43,266 bases of DNA from positions 1-43,266 of the forward strand of contig CAYZSL010000004.1 in the NCBI GenBank assembly GCA_964481125.1, written 5' to 3'. Positions 17,665 through 26,026 of this stretch are shown one piece after another. Position 1 is the stretch's first letter. Each line of letters begins with the position of its first letter. The translations under genes were made by a program, and so were the position numbers. A model generated the notes under the pieces. The model was not told the origin of the DNA, made no database searches, and was given only the letters and a program-made list of their open reading frames with translations. Origin of the DNA: an uncultured Candidatus Saccharibacteria bacterium (GTDB lineage: Bacteria; Patescibacteriota; Minisyncoccia; Minisyncoccales; RBG-13-42-11).

Positions 17665-17799
17665 GGGGTTATTTTTTACTCCTGTGTTTTTTCTTTAAGC
17701 CGATTTTTCGGCGATGCTTTAAAACGAACTTTCTGTGAAGCCGTCTGTTTCTGTTTTTGTTCGGATTGCGTGAATTTTTCATACAGTTTAATCAATTTT

Positions 17800-18072
17800 C
17801 TATCCTTCCTTAATGCTTTCTTTTTCTTTCAATACCGAAGAAGTAAGCCATAAGACAAACGGTCTCCTGAGCTTATCTATGGACCAATTATCGTCCTTAA
17901 AAAGCGAGGCTTTTTCCGTTTTAAAGCGGGAAAGTAAAGAAATAGTGGCTCTCAAATTTGCGGGAGATAATCTGTTATGCTCTTCTAAAAACTCCTCTTT
18001 CTTTAAGTGTTGGTTTATAACTTTTTGAACTTTTTTGAATCTTGGAATCATAGTTTTAAAAATAAAAAACAA
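17800..18072 (-). CDS. Hypothetical protein (start uncertain: TTG at 18072 or ATG at 18051)
   Basis: 90-aa ORF with a plausible composition (KKEEFLEEHNRLSPANLRATISLLSRF). No family recognised. Confidence 0.4.
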   Translation of the reverse strand: MFFIFKTMIPRFKKVQKVINQHLKKEEFLEEHNRLSPANLRATISLLSRFKTEKASLFKDDNWSIDKLRRPFVLWLTSSVLKEKESIKEG

Positions 18073-18221
18073 CTCCTAATAACGGTGAGTCGCAAATAGT
18101 ACTATTAAGTGTTTTTTAATGATAATCTAATAACTATTTGTAGTTCAAAACTCTCAAAACCTATGTTTTTATTATATACCCTTTCTTATAAAAAAGCAAG
18201 CTTTTAGAATTTGAAGAATTA

Positions 18222-18259
18222 TTGGCTCCCCTAGTTGAACGATGTTATAACCTGTTTTT
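18222..18259 (-). repeat. Inter-cassette element, copy H
   Basis: Plus strand TTGGCTCCCCTAGTTGAACGATGTTATAACCTGTTTTT. Confidence 0.65.
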
Positions 18260-18284
18260 ATCAGAAACCGCCTGATCGGCGATT

Positions 18285-18614
18285 TCAATAATTATAAATA
18301 TTTATAGAGTTTAATGTTTGATTGATTGAATCTACCAGCCTTTCAGTAGACCAAATCGTAACGATTATAGATATTATTGTCAAAATTAAAGCGGCAATAC
18401 CAACTCTTTTTAATTTGCCGTCTTTCTGTTTTAAATATTTCCACACATACCAAAGTCCGAACGGCGGCAAAAACAAACTGACTGCATATACGGCTATCTG
18501 CGTTGGCAACGAGACTGAGGGAGGCCTGTCTCTTTGCGGCTTTCCGCAATTGGGGCATGCCAAAGCTTCATCAGATATTTCGTGCCCGCACTCTTTACAT
18601 TTTACTAATGCCAT
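18285..18614 (-). CDS. Zinc-ribbon membrane protein
   Basis: N-terminal CKECGHEISDEALACPNCG zinc ribbon followed by two TM helices. Confidence 0.6.
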   Translation of the reverse strand: MALVKCKECGHEISDEALACPNCGKPQRDRPPSVSLPTQIAVYAVSLFLPPFGLWYVWKYLKQKDGKLKRVGIAALILTIISIIVTIWSTERLVDSINQTLNSINIYNY

Positions 18615-18619
18615 AAATT

Positions 18620-18919
18620 TTAACCCTTTTTGTCTAATTTATCTAATTTCAGCAATTTAACGCCAAAATAAACGACAAAGGCAATTACTAAAAAATCAAT
18701 AAGAACGCTGAGGAAATCTCCCCATAATATTTTTACTTGCCCAATAGCCAAGCTGGCATTTTCCAAACCTTCAACCCTGCCGAGAAAAATACTGAGAGTT
18801 GGGTTTATAATATCCCCGACCAACGCTGACACTAATTTGGAAATAGCGCCGCCCAAAATAAAACCGACTGCCAAACCGACGACTCCCTGTTTCCTTATAA
18901 AATTAATAAAGCCCGACAT
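18620..18919 (-). CDS. mscL: Large-conductance mechanosensitive channel
   Basis: GVVGLAVGFILGGAISKLVSALVGDIINP and DFLVIAFVVYFGVK align with the E. coli MscL TM1/TM2 pattern. Confidence 0.8.
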   Translation of the reverse strand: MSGFINFIRKQGVVGLAVGFILGGAISKLVSALVGDIINPTLSIFLGRVEGLENASLAIGQVKILWGDFLSVLIDFLVIAFVVYFGVKLLKLDKLDKKG

Positions 18920-18952
18920 ATTTTAAAAGCTAATTAATATTAATTCTTTGTT

Positions 18953-19318
18953 TTATCCTCCCAAACACCCTTTTGCCTTGAAAAAATCAATGGGACCAGG
19001 GGAAGCGCCTCCCATTATTTCTTGTACCCGCTCTGCACCCAATGTCTCTGTAAAACACTTTTCCATTTCAGGGGTTATTTGTGCGGGCAAACTGCCAACG
19101 TCGACACCGATTGTTTCCAATAATCTTTCTTGCTCATCGCTAAGCAAAGGATGCTTGTCGCCTTCTCCAGTAGTAATTGGAGTATTGGTTTGGAAGCCAG
19201 TCAATAAATTAGACAAAAGTGGCTTTAAATTAAACGGGTCAAGAGCAATAAAGATAGCAATGGCGATAATAAGAACAAGGAAAATAATGCCCAATGTTAT
19301 AAAGATAGTTTTCAACAT
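18953..19318 (-). CDS. Membrane-anchored hypothetical protein
   Basis: 121 aa with an N-terminal TM helix (IFITLGIIFLVLIIAIAIFIAL). A TGGTAGAAT box sits at 19352-19360, about 33 nt upstream. Confidence 0.5.
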   Translation of the reverse strand: MLKTIFITLGIIFLVLIIAIAIFIALDPFNLKPLLSNLLTGFQTNTPITTGEGDKHPLLSDEQERLLETIGVDVGSLPAQITPEMEKCFTETLGAERVQEIMGGASPGPIDFFKAKGCLGG

Positions 19319-19400
19319 ATTTTTAATAATTTATTTTTTGACCTTTACCCTATTCTACCAAAAAACCGCCACAACAATAAGGCATTATTATCCACAAGTT

Positions 19401-19434
19401 AATTCCTACCCTGATTGAACGATACTAGAATTTT
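19401..19434 (-). repeat. Inter-cassette element, divergent copy I
   Basis: Plus strand AATTCCTACCCTGATTGAACGATACTAGAATTTT. Confidence 0.4.
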
Positions 19435-19438
19435 ATCT

Positions 19439-21337
19439 TTACGGTTTAATATGTTTGAATTTGAAAAGCCGCAAGGAATTTAAAGGAGGAAAGAAATCGG
19501 TCAAAAAGTTATAAGCGGCAGCGGCGCTCGGCCCCAAAAAACCCGCAAAAACCAAAGCTAAACCGACAAAATTGATAACCCCCCACAAAATTAAGTTCTG
19601 GTTTACAATTTTCATTGTTTTCCGGCTCATCTGGATTGAATCAATTATATTTTTCAGATCATCCTTCATTAAAGCAATGTCTGCTGCTTCGATGCTTGCG
19701 TCAGAGCCTATCGCCCCCATAGCAAAACTGACATCCGCTAGAGCCAGGGAGGCTGCGTCATTTACCCCGTCACCGAGCATACCAACCTTATATTTTTTAT
19801 TAAGAGAATTTCTTACGAAATTAACCTTATCCTGGGGTAAAAGATTAGCCCGAAATTCGGCAATGCCAAGTTCTTCTGCTACTCGCTTGGCCACTATTTC
19901 GTTGTCACCGGTTAAAATAACCGTTCTTTCTATACCAAGTTTTTTAAGCTCATTAATAACGTGGTGAGCGTACGGACGAACCGAATCTGAAAGAGCCACA
20001 AACCCAACTAAAAAGCCATCCATTCCGAGGGACACCAACATATGGCCCGAAGATTTTTCCTTTTGAATGGCAGAAATCTCTGCGTCCGAAAAAACAATGC
20101 CGTTATTTTCCAAGAATTTTGTATTTCCCGCCAATACCCTTTTGCTATCTATAACTCCCCCTATCCCATATCCTGCTTCTTCGTGAATTTGGTTTATATC
20201 AGCAATTTTAATGTTTTTATCTTTTAAAAATTTATAAATTGCTTTAGCCGTAGGATGGTTTGATTGCACGAGCAATCCTCCCAATATGCTTAAAAACTTT
20301 TCTTCGGAATAGTTTTTAGAAACAAATATCTGCTTCACTTTTGGCCTGCCTTCGGTAAGCGTTCCGGTTTTGTCGAAAATCATCAGTTTCAGTTTGGTTA
20401 ATCCCTCAATAAAGCTCGCTCCTTTAATAATTATTCCTTTTTTTGCTGCCGTACCGATGGTAGCGACAAAAGCCAAAGGAATGGCTATGGCTATATCGTC
20501 AGCGCAGGTAACAAGCAAAACCGCCAACACCAAAGACAAATTGTGAGTTGCAAAGTAAAGCAAAATACTCCCCAAAAGCGTAAAAAGAATGTAAAAGTTT
20601 GCGAACTTTTCAGTTATCGAAGTAATGGGGGTTTTTTCTTCTTGGGACTTTTCAATCAGTTTCAGAATTTTAGCGAAGGTGGTATCTCGGCCGACTTTTG
20701 TCGTTTTAACTAATAAAGAACCGGAAGCATTCAGGGTTGAACTGAAAACTTCGTCGCCAACAGTTTTGGCTACCGGTTCAGACTCTCCTGTTAATGACGA
20801 CTGGTCAATACTGGCATTCCCCTCTGTGATAATCCCATCGACAGCAATTCTTTCCCCAGACTCCACAACCACCAAATCATCAACTTTTACTTCTTCAATC
20901 GGTTTCTCAATAATCCCCTGTCCGGTTTTGATTAAAACTTTCTTCGGCCTCAACTTCAATAAACTCTGAATGGCTCGCCTTGTTCTGCCTTCAGTAAAGT
21001 AAGTAAGAAACCTTGCCGAGGCAAGCATTAAACTGATAAAAACTGCTGAGTGCAATTCTCCGCTTAATAAGGCAAAAATTAAAGCAATGCTGGCCAAAAG
21101 GTCTATGGTTAATCTCCGATGGATTAAGGCGCGAATGGCGCTGAATAGAACTGGCAAAAGCCCGATTATACTTACCCCTAAAAAAATTACAGTACTTAAG
21201 TTTCCGATAAGAATATGGAAAAGATTTGCAATTAAAACAAAAATAGATAGAACTACTATAAAGACATCAAGCCAAAAATAAAAAGGATTACCAGTTAGCG
21301 CGAATGTAGATATTTTATGATGTTTCCTTTTTAACAT
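19439..21337 (-). CDS. P-type cation-transporting ATPase (P1B-like, no N-terminal metal-binding domain)
   Basis: TGESEP, FDKTGTLTEG, GDGVNDAASLALADV. The TM motif reads VTCADDIAIAIP where P1B pumps have CPC. Confidence 0.85.
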   Translation of the reverse strand: MLKRKHHKISTFALTGNPFYFWLDVFIVVLSIFVLIANLFHILIGNLSTVIFLGVSIIGLLPVLFSAIRALIHRRLTIDLLASIALIFALLSGELHSAVFISLMLASARFLTYFTEGRTRRAIQSLLKLRPKKVLIKTGQGIIEKPIEEVKVDDLVVVESGERIAVDGIITEGNASIDQSSLTGESEPVAKTVGDEVFSSTLNASGSLLVKTTKVGRDTTFAKILKLIEKSQEEKTPITSITEKFANFYILFTLLGSILLYFATHNLSLVLAVLLVTCADDIAIAIPLAFVATIGTAAKKGIIIKGASFIEGLTKLKLMIFDKTGTLTEGRPKVKQIFVSKNYSEEKFLSILGGLLVQSNHPTAKAIYKFLKDKNIKIADINQIHEEAGYGIGGVIDSKRVLAGNTKFLENNGIVFSDAEISAIQKEKSSGHMLVSLGMDGFLVGFVALSDSVRPYAHHVINELKKLGIERTVILTGDNEIVAKRVAEELGIAEFRANLLPQDKVNFVRNSLNKKYKVGMLGDGVNDAASLALADVSFAMGAIGSDASIEAADIALMKDDLKNIIDSIQMSRKTMKIVNQNLILWGVINFVGLALVFAGFLGPSAAAAYNFLTDFFPPLNSLRLFKFKHIKP

Positions 21338-21389
21338 TTTATTAATATTATCTTACCAAAAACCGCCTTTTGTACAAAGCGGCCGAACT

Positions 21390-21415
21390 TGGCTCCGGAG
21401 GTAGGATTCGAACCT
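21390..21415 (-). pseudogene. Orphan tRNA 3' fragment ending in GCCA
   Basis: Minus strand AGGTTCGAATCCTACCTCCGGAGCCA has a canonical T-loop, T-stem 3' strand, acceptor strand and CCA. The 5' part is absent; the gap stop lies 8 nt away. Confidence 0.65.
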
Positions 21416-21423
21416 CTCAAATT

Positions 21424-22437
21424 CTACATCTTTTTACTAACATATTCAGCCATCTCAGCCAAACGACAGGCATAAGCCCATTCATTGTCGTACCAAGCAA
21501 CCACCTTAACTAGATTATCGTTCGCCATGGTCAAAGAAGCATCAACAATGGCAGAAAAACAGTTTCCTTTGTAATCGGAAGAAACCAAGATAGCGTCCTC
21601 CACTCCCAAAATAGTATCTAAACTCTTTTCCCGGGAAGCTTTTTTAAAAACATAGTTCACTTCTTCAGCAGTCGTGCTTTTTTCAACTTCGCAAATCAGA
21701 TCCAATATCGAAACCACGGCTGTCGGCACCCTTAAGGCAATACCATCCAGCTTGCCTTTTAATTCCGGCATAACGTTTCCAATGGCTTTGGCAGCGCCAG
21801 TGGTTGTCGGAATAATGTTCATGGCAGCTGCCCTGGCTCGTCTTAAATCATTATGGGGCAGGTCAAGAATCCTTTGGTCATTGGTATAGCTGTGAACCGT
21901 AGTCATAAAGCCTTTAACTATCTTGAAGTTATCGTTCAAGACTTTAGCCACAGGAGCCAAACAATTGGTAGTACAAGAACCCATATCTATCACTTTGTCT
22001 TTTTTTGCGTCAAACTTTTCCTCGTTCACTCCAAGAATGTATGAAGGTATTTTGTCCTGGTCTTTGGAAGGCGCAGAAATTATAACTTTTTTTGCACCGG
22101 CAGCAATATGTTTTAAAGCTCCATTATAATCAGTAAAAACACCTGAGCACTCCAGAACAACATCAACACCCAATTCCTTCCAAGGAAGCTTTGCCGGATC
22201 CTTCTCAGCCAATACTTTTATCTGCTTGCCGTCAATAACCAAAGCAGAACCAGCAGCCTTAACCGACTTATTATAAATGCCGTACAAAGAATCGTATTTC
22301 AAAAGATGGACTAAGGTAGCAGCGTCTGTCAAATCATTAATAGCTACCACTTCCAAATCACGGTGCTTTTCTAAAAGCCTTCTGAGTGTCGGCCGGCCAA
22401 TCCGGCCAAAACCGTTGATTGCGATTTTTACAGCCAT
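21424..22437 (-). CDS. gap: Glyceraldehyde-3-phosphate dehydrogenase
   Basis: INGFGRIGR and the active site SCTTNCLAP. Confidence 0.95.
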   Translation of the reverse strand: MAVKIAINGFGRIGRPTLRRLLEKHRDLEVVAINDLTDAATLVHLLKYDSLYGIYNKSVKAAGSALVIDGKQIKVLAEKDPAKLPWKELGVDVVLECSGVFTDYNGALKHIAAGAKKVIISAPSKDQDKIPSYILGVNEEKFDAKKDKVIDMGSCTTNCLAPVAKVLNDNFKIVKGFMTTVHSYTNDQRILDLPHNDLRRARAAAMNIIPTTTGAAKAIGNVMPELKGKLDGIALRVPTAVVSILDLICEVEKSTTAEEVNYVFKKASREKSLDTILGVEDAILVSSDYKGNCFSAIVDASLTMANDNLVKVVAWYDNEWAYACRLAEMAEYVSKKM

Positions 22438-22439
22438 AT

Positions 22440-22673
22440 TTAGTCTTTGATTTTCAATAATTTAACGATTCTTTCCCTGTCAAATCCGGCAATAACCTCT
22501 CCCTCTATATCGATTACCGGCACCTCCATCTTGCCTGTTTTTTCAATGATGAAATCGCGCGATTTGGCATCCTGGGAAACGTCTATCTCCTCAAAAGCCA
22601 CATTATGCTCTTTTAAAAACTCTTTTAAGGTATAACAGTAAGGACAGATTGGGGTGGTAAAAAGTCTAACCAT
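22440..22673 (-). CDS. Glutaredoxin-like protein (NrdH/YruB type)
   Basis: 77 aa with a CPYC active site and VPVIDIEG. Confidence 0.8.
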   Translation of the reverse strand: MVRLFTTPICPYCYTLKEFLKEHNVAFEEIDVSQDAKSRDFIIEKTGKMEVPVIDIEGEVIAGFDRERIVKLLKIKD

Positions 22674-22676
22674 ATA

Positions 22677-23633
22677 TTAACCGCAGGTATTATCGCTGGA
22701 AGAGCCAGTTCCTCCGCCAAATCCCGGGGCAGGAGATTCTTCAGAAAGTGTCTGGGAACATTCATCGGGCTGGGAATTGAAAGATTGGCAAATAATCTGC
22801 TTGAAGTTTTCCGGAGTTCTCGGACTGACGTTGGCCACTTTACTATTAATAACAACTGTCGGTGAACCGGAGACCCCGTATTCTTCGTTCAAGTCGGCTT
22901 GCACGCCAAACTTGGGATAGGTACCGTTCAGCCAAGTGCTTTTGTCGTTATAAAGCGAAGTGATGTTAAACTCTTGGTCAGTCTGTGAAACACAACTATT
23001 AACCTTTTCTGTATCTATCCCAGCTTCAGAAAGACAGGCAACAGAATCTCCGGATACGACAAAACAGCTGAGATATGAAGCATATTTTTCATTTTGTTCT
23101 TTCTGAATGCAATACTGGCTCAAGTTCTCATCGATCTCCTTTTTATCATGCATGATGTAGTCAACGAAATATATTCCCATGTCAGCCTTGTCTTTTAACA
23201 AATCGTAAACGGGCAGAAACATCTTTTCAGCCTGCAAACCGTAAGGACAATAGCTCATGACAAAAAGCTTAACGTCCGGCCTGTCGCTCTTTGCTGAAGC
23301 CTTTACTTCCTCTTTCATCCTGTAACCTTCGGGAAACAAAAACACTCCATCTTTGGTAACGTAAGAATCGTATTCCTGATTTCCTATTTGCAGACTAAGC
23401 TTATAAACTCCCATTTCTTCGGAAACAGAATTCAAAGAAGCAACATTGCCTTCGGCTAAAAGATTTTCGTTAATATATTTGACCGTGTTTTCAGCAACCA
23501 AATCAGCTGGCAATTGTTTTCCCAAAAGCTGGTTTATCATTTCGTAACCTAAATAAACGCTGGCTGAAGCAACAACAGCTCCTGCCAAAAAAATAGCGAC
23601 TAAAATTATTATTTTCTTTACTTTTTTCGTCAT
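22677..23633 (-). CDS. Membrane-anchored DsbA-like thioredoxin-fold protein
   Basis: N-terminal TM helix, CPYG redox motif (FVMSYCPYGLQ), and GVSGSPTVVINSK near the C-terminus. Confidence 0.6.
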   Translation of the reverse strand: MTKKVKKIIILVAIFLAGAVVASASVYLGYEMINQLLGKQLPADLVAENTVKYINENLLAEGNVASLNSVSEEMGVYKLSLQIGNQEYDSYVTKDGVFLFPEGYRMKEEVKASAKSDRPDVKLFVMSYCPYGLQAEKMFLPVYDLLKDKADMGIYFVDYIMHDKKEIDENLSQYCIQKEQNEKYASYLSCFVVSGDSVACLSEAGIDTEKVNSCVSQTDQEFNITSLYNDKSTWLNGTYPKFGVQADLNEEYGVSGSPTVVINSKVANVSPRTPENFKQIICQSFNSQPDECSQTLSEESPAPGFGGGTGSSSDNTCG

Positions 23634-23639
23634 ATATTT

Positions 23640-23648
23640 AATATATCA
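23640..23648 (-). promoter_or_regulatory. Extended -10 TGaTATATT 6 nt before the ATG
   Basis: Minus strand reads TGATATATT-AAATAT-ATG. Confidence 0.45.
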
Positions 23649-23654
23649 CAAATA

Positions 23655-23864
23655 TTATTTTTTAATAACTTCGTTCAACTCTTTTAAAAGCTTTTTATCG
23701 TCAATGCCGTACATTTTACAGACATTGCCGATTTTCAGGCCCTTTACTTCATACTGGGCAAAAGGGCAGCTTAAACAAGGAAAATTGTATTTTGCCAAGA
23801 TTCCCTTAAACTTGGGTTCGTCGAAAACTTCCGATAATGCTGTTTCTTCGGTAATTTCCTGCAT
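23655..23864 (-). CDS. DUF1858-like redox disulfide protein
   Basis: PCLSCPFAQYE...MYGID pattern. Start is moved to MQEITEE (23864) because the upstream codons overlap the SDR gene. Confidence 0.6.
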   Translation of the reverse strand: MQEITEETALSEVFDEPKFKGILAKYNFPCLSCPFAQYEVKGLKIGNVCKMYGIDDKKLLKELNEVIKK

Positions 23865-23868
23865 CAAA

Positions 23869-24630
23869 TTAAGCAGCCAGCCAGCCGCCGTCAACCACAA
23901 TAACGGACCCGGTAATATACGATGAATCCTCGGAAACCAAAAATAAAACAGTATTGGAAATTTCTTCTGGTTTGCCCATCCTATGGAGCGGAATCATTGC
24001 CAAGGCTTGCTCTAATATTTTCGGATCGTCTTTGGTCGAGGCAGACATTGGAGTATCAATAGCGCCAGGAGCAATGGCATTAACCCTAATATTATAAGGA
24101 GCCAACTCAACAGCCAAGGTTTTGGTCAAAGCGGCAATTCCTCCCTTTGAGGCCGAATAATGCGCTAAGCCAGCCATACCCTTGCCAATTTGTCCCATCA
24201 CTATGGAAGCAATATTGACGATGACACCGGATTTCTGCTTTGCCATTTCCTTGGCTGCTGTCTGGGCGCAAAGGAAATATCCTTTCAAGTTTATGTCAAT
24301 GGTTTTTTGCCATTCCTCTTCAACCATTTCCAAAAAAGGCTTAAACTGGCAAATGCCGGCATTATTGACTAAGATATCAACCTTTCCCCATTTATCAACC
24401 GCTGCTTTTATCATTTTCTCCACTTCTTCTTTTTTTGAAACATCGCATTTTACAGCTATAGCTTCGCCTCCCGCCTTTTCGATTTCATCAACCACCAGCT
24501 GGCATTCTTCCTGGGAAATATCGGAAAGCAAAACTTTGGCTCCAGATTTAGCCAAAAGCAAAGAATGGGATTTTCCCATTCCCCTCCTGGCTCCGGTAAC
24601 AACGGCTACTTTGTTTTTCAAATCGAACAT
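23869..24630 (-). CDS. Short-chain dehydrogenase/reductase (FabG-like)
   Basis: TGARRGMGKS cofactor motif, NNAG, and the catalytic YSASK. Confidence 0.9.
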   Translation of the reverse strand: MFDLKNKVAVVTGARRGMGKSHSLLLAKSGAKVLLSDISQEECQLVVDEIEKAGGEAIAVKCDVSKKEEVEKMIKAAVDKWGKVDILVNNAGICQFKPFLEMVEEEWQKTIDINLKGYFLCAQTAAKEMAKQKSGVIVNIASIVMGQIGKGMAGLAHYSASKGGIAALTKTLAVELAPYNIRVNAIAPGAIDTPMSASTKDDPKILEQALAMIPLHRMGKPEEISNTVLFLVSEDSSYITGSVIVVDGGWLAA

Positions 24631-24673
24631 ATTTTAAAAGTTTTGAAATTAAAGTTTTCGACCTTATATATAT

Positions 24674-25273
24674 TTATTTTATTACGTTTTTGACAAACAG
24701 TCCACAAAGGCACTTGCCGTCCTTCTTAAGTTCTTCAAGATGGTAAGCACAAAGACAGACAATCTTCTTGTTCTCTTCTGCATCATCCGTTACTCTCCGA
24801 CAAGGGCAATATTTAGCCCCCAAATTCTTTTCTTTTTCCAGCAAGCTTTTAACGATCGCCTCCACCACTTTTTTATTAGGACTCAGGAAAAAGCCGTTAT
24901 TTTTGGCATATTCTTCGTATTCTTTAATCAGCTTGCTGACTTTTTCATCCTGCTGGGCTAAATTCTCTTCCAGCCAGACCCGTATATTTTCTTCTAGCAT
25001 CATACCAACGAACCCGCCAACAGGCTCTCCGTTTTTGAAAAGAATTACTGTCGGCGCTGCATTAACCCCGTATTTCTGGACAGTTAAAGGAGCGGCATGA
25101 AGATCAACTTTGGCAAAAGATATTTCTTCTTTTAATTCCTCGGCCAGCTTTTCCAGAATCGGTATAATCAAAACGCAGGGAGCACAACCCTCCATCCAAA
25201 AATCAACTAAAAATGGCTTTTTAGCTCCGGAGATTTCCTTTTCAAAATTTTCATCGTTTAAAACAACGGCCAT
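24674..25273 (-). CDS. Thioredoxin fused to a ferredoxin:thioredoxin-reductase catalytic-subunit-like domain
   Basis: N-terminal half WMEGCAPC (thioredoxin). C-terminal half YCPC-x15-CLC-x13-CLC (FTR-beta-like Cys pattern). Start at MAVVLND gives an ATGA overlap with the ZIP stop. Confidence 0.65.
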   Translation of the reverse strand: MAVVLNDENFEKEISGAKKPFLVDFWMEGCAPCVLIIPILEKLAEELKEEISFAKVDLHAAPLTVQKYGVNAAPTVILFKNGEPVGGFVGMMLEENIRVWLEENLAQQDEKVSKLIKEYEEYAKNNGFFLSPNKKVVEAIVKSLLEKEKNLGAKYCPCRRVTDDAEENKKIVCLCAYHLEELKKDGKCLCGLFVKNVIK

Positions 25274-26025
25274 CAGATTAGTTTTGCTAAAAACATTATA
25301 CCTATTCCCAGTAAAAATACAAAAAAATGGATTAATGCTTTTTGTGGACCGACTTTGTGCTTTATTTCTGGAATTAAATCGGAACAAGCTATGTAAATGA
25401 AAGTGCCGGCGGCAAAAGGCAGAAGAAAAACAATGGAATTGCCTATTTTTTCCGACAGAAAGAATCCGACAAGTCCGCCAAAAATTACGCTTATTGCCGA
25501 CAGAAAATTCAAAAACAGCGCCCTAATTCTCTTGAATCCACTGTAAACTAAAATCCCGAAATCGCCGATTTCCTGAGGAATTTCATGCAGGGCAATCGCC
25601 AGAACAGTGGTAAAACCCAAAGGGATAGATACGACAAATGCTCCGGCTATGACCAAACCGTCAATAAAATTATGGACGCCGTCTGAAATTAATATTAAAT
25701 AAGAAAAAGATTTTATTTCGGGATGGTCTTTGGCATGGTGGTGATGCCAGTTGATAAAGTTTTCCAGAATGAAAAAAGAACAGAAACCGAAAATCAAATA
25801 GAGAAATGTCTTTATTAAAGACGAACCCTCAATGCCCACTTTTTCAATGGCTTCCGGCATCAGGTGCAAAAAAGCGCCGCCGATCAAAGCGCCAGCAGCA
25901 AAAGAAACCAAAATTAAAAGAATTCTATCCAAAAATTCTTCTTTCAAAAAGAAAAATATGAATCCTTCAAAAGCAATCAAGCTTATCAGAAACGTGCTGA
26001 TTAAAATGTAAGATAAAACATCCAT
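25273..26025 (-). CDS. ZIP-family divalent metal transporter
   Basis: HEIPQEIGDF, the His-rich loop WHHHHAKDH, and multiple TM helices. Confidence 0.85.
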   Translation of the reverse strand: MDVLSYILISTFLISLIAFEGFIFFFLKEEFLDRILLILVSFAAGALIGGAFLHLMPEAIEKVGIEGSSLIKTFLYLIFGFCSFFILENFINWHHHHAKDHPEIKSFSYLILISDGVHNFIDGLVIAGAFVVSIPLGFTTVLAIALHEIPQEIGDFGILVYSGFKRIRALFLNFLSAISVIFGGLVGFFLSEKIGNSIVFLLPFAAGTFIYIACSDLIPEIKHKVGPQKALIHFFVFLLGIGIMFLAKLI

Positions 26026-26026
26026 T

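Noticed and set aside
12603-19434. Interpretation of the inter-cassette element as a canonical integron attC site.
   Set aside because: Single GTTRRRY-like or RYYYAAC-like heptamers exist (for example GTTGAAC in copies H and M). However, I could not find the paired inverted R''/L''...L'/R' arms 50-130 nt apart that could fold into an attC hairpin. I report it as a distinct element instead.
21390-21470. A possible full tRNA overlapping the gap 3' end.
   Set aside because: The T-stem 5' strand and the acceptor 5' strand (TCCGGAG) are absent. The sequence upstream of the T-loop is gap coding sequence.
25274-25387. The N-terminal 38-codon extension of ORF 24674..25387, and similar extensions 6540..6581 and 23865..23900.
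   Set aside because: The extensions lie inside the upstream genes (ZIP, fba, SDR). Conserved domain starts coincide with internal Met codons that give ATGA-type or short junctions.
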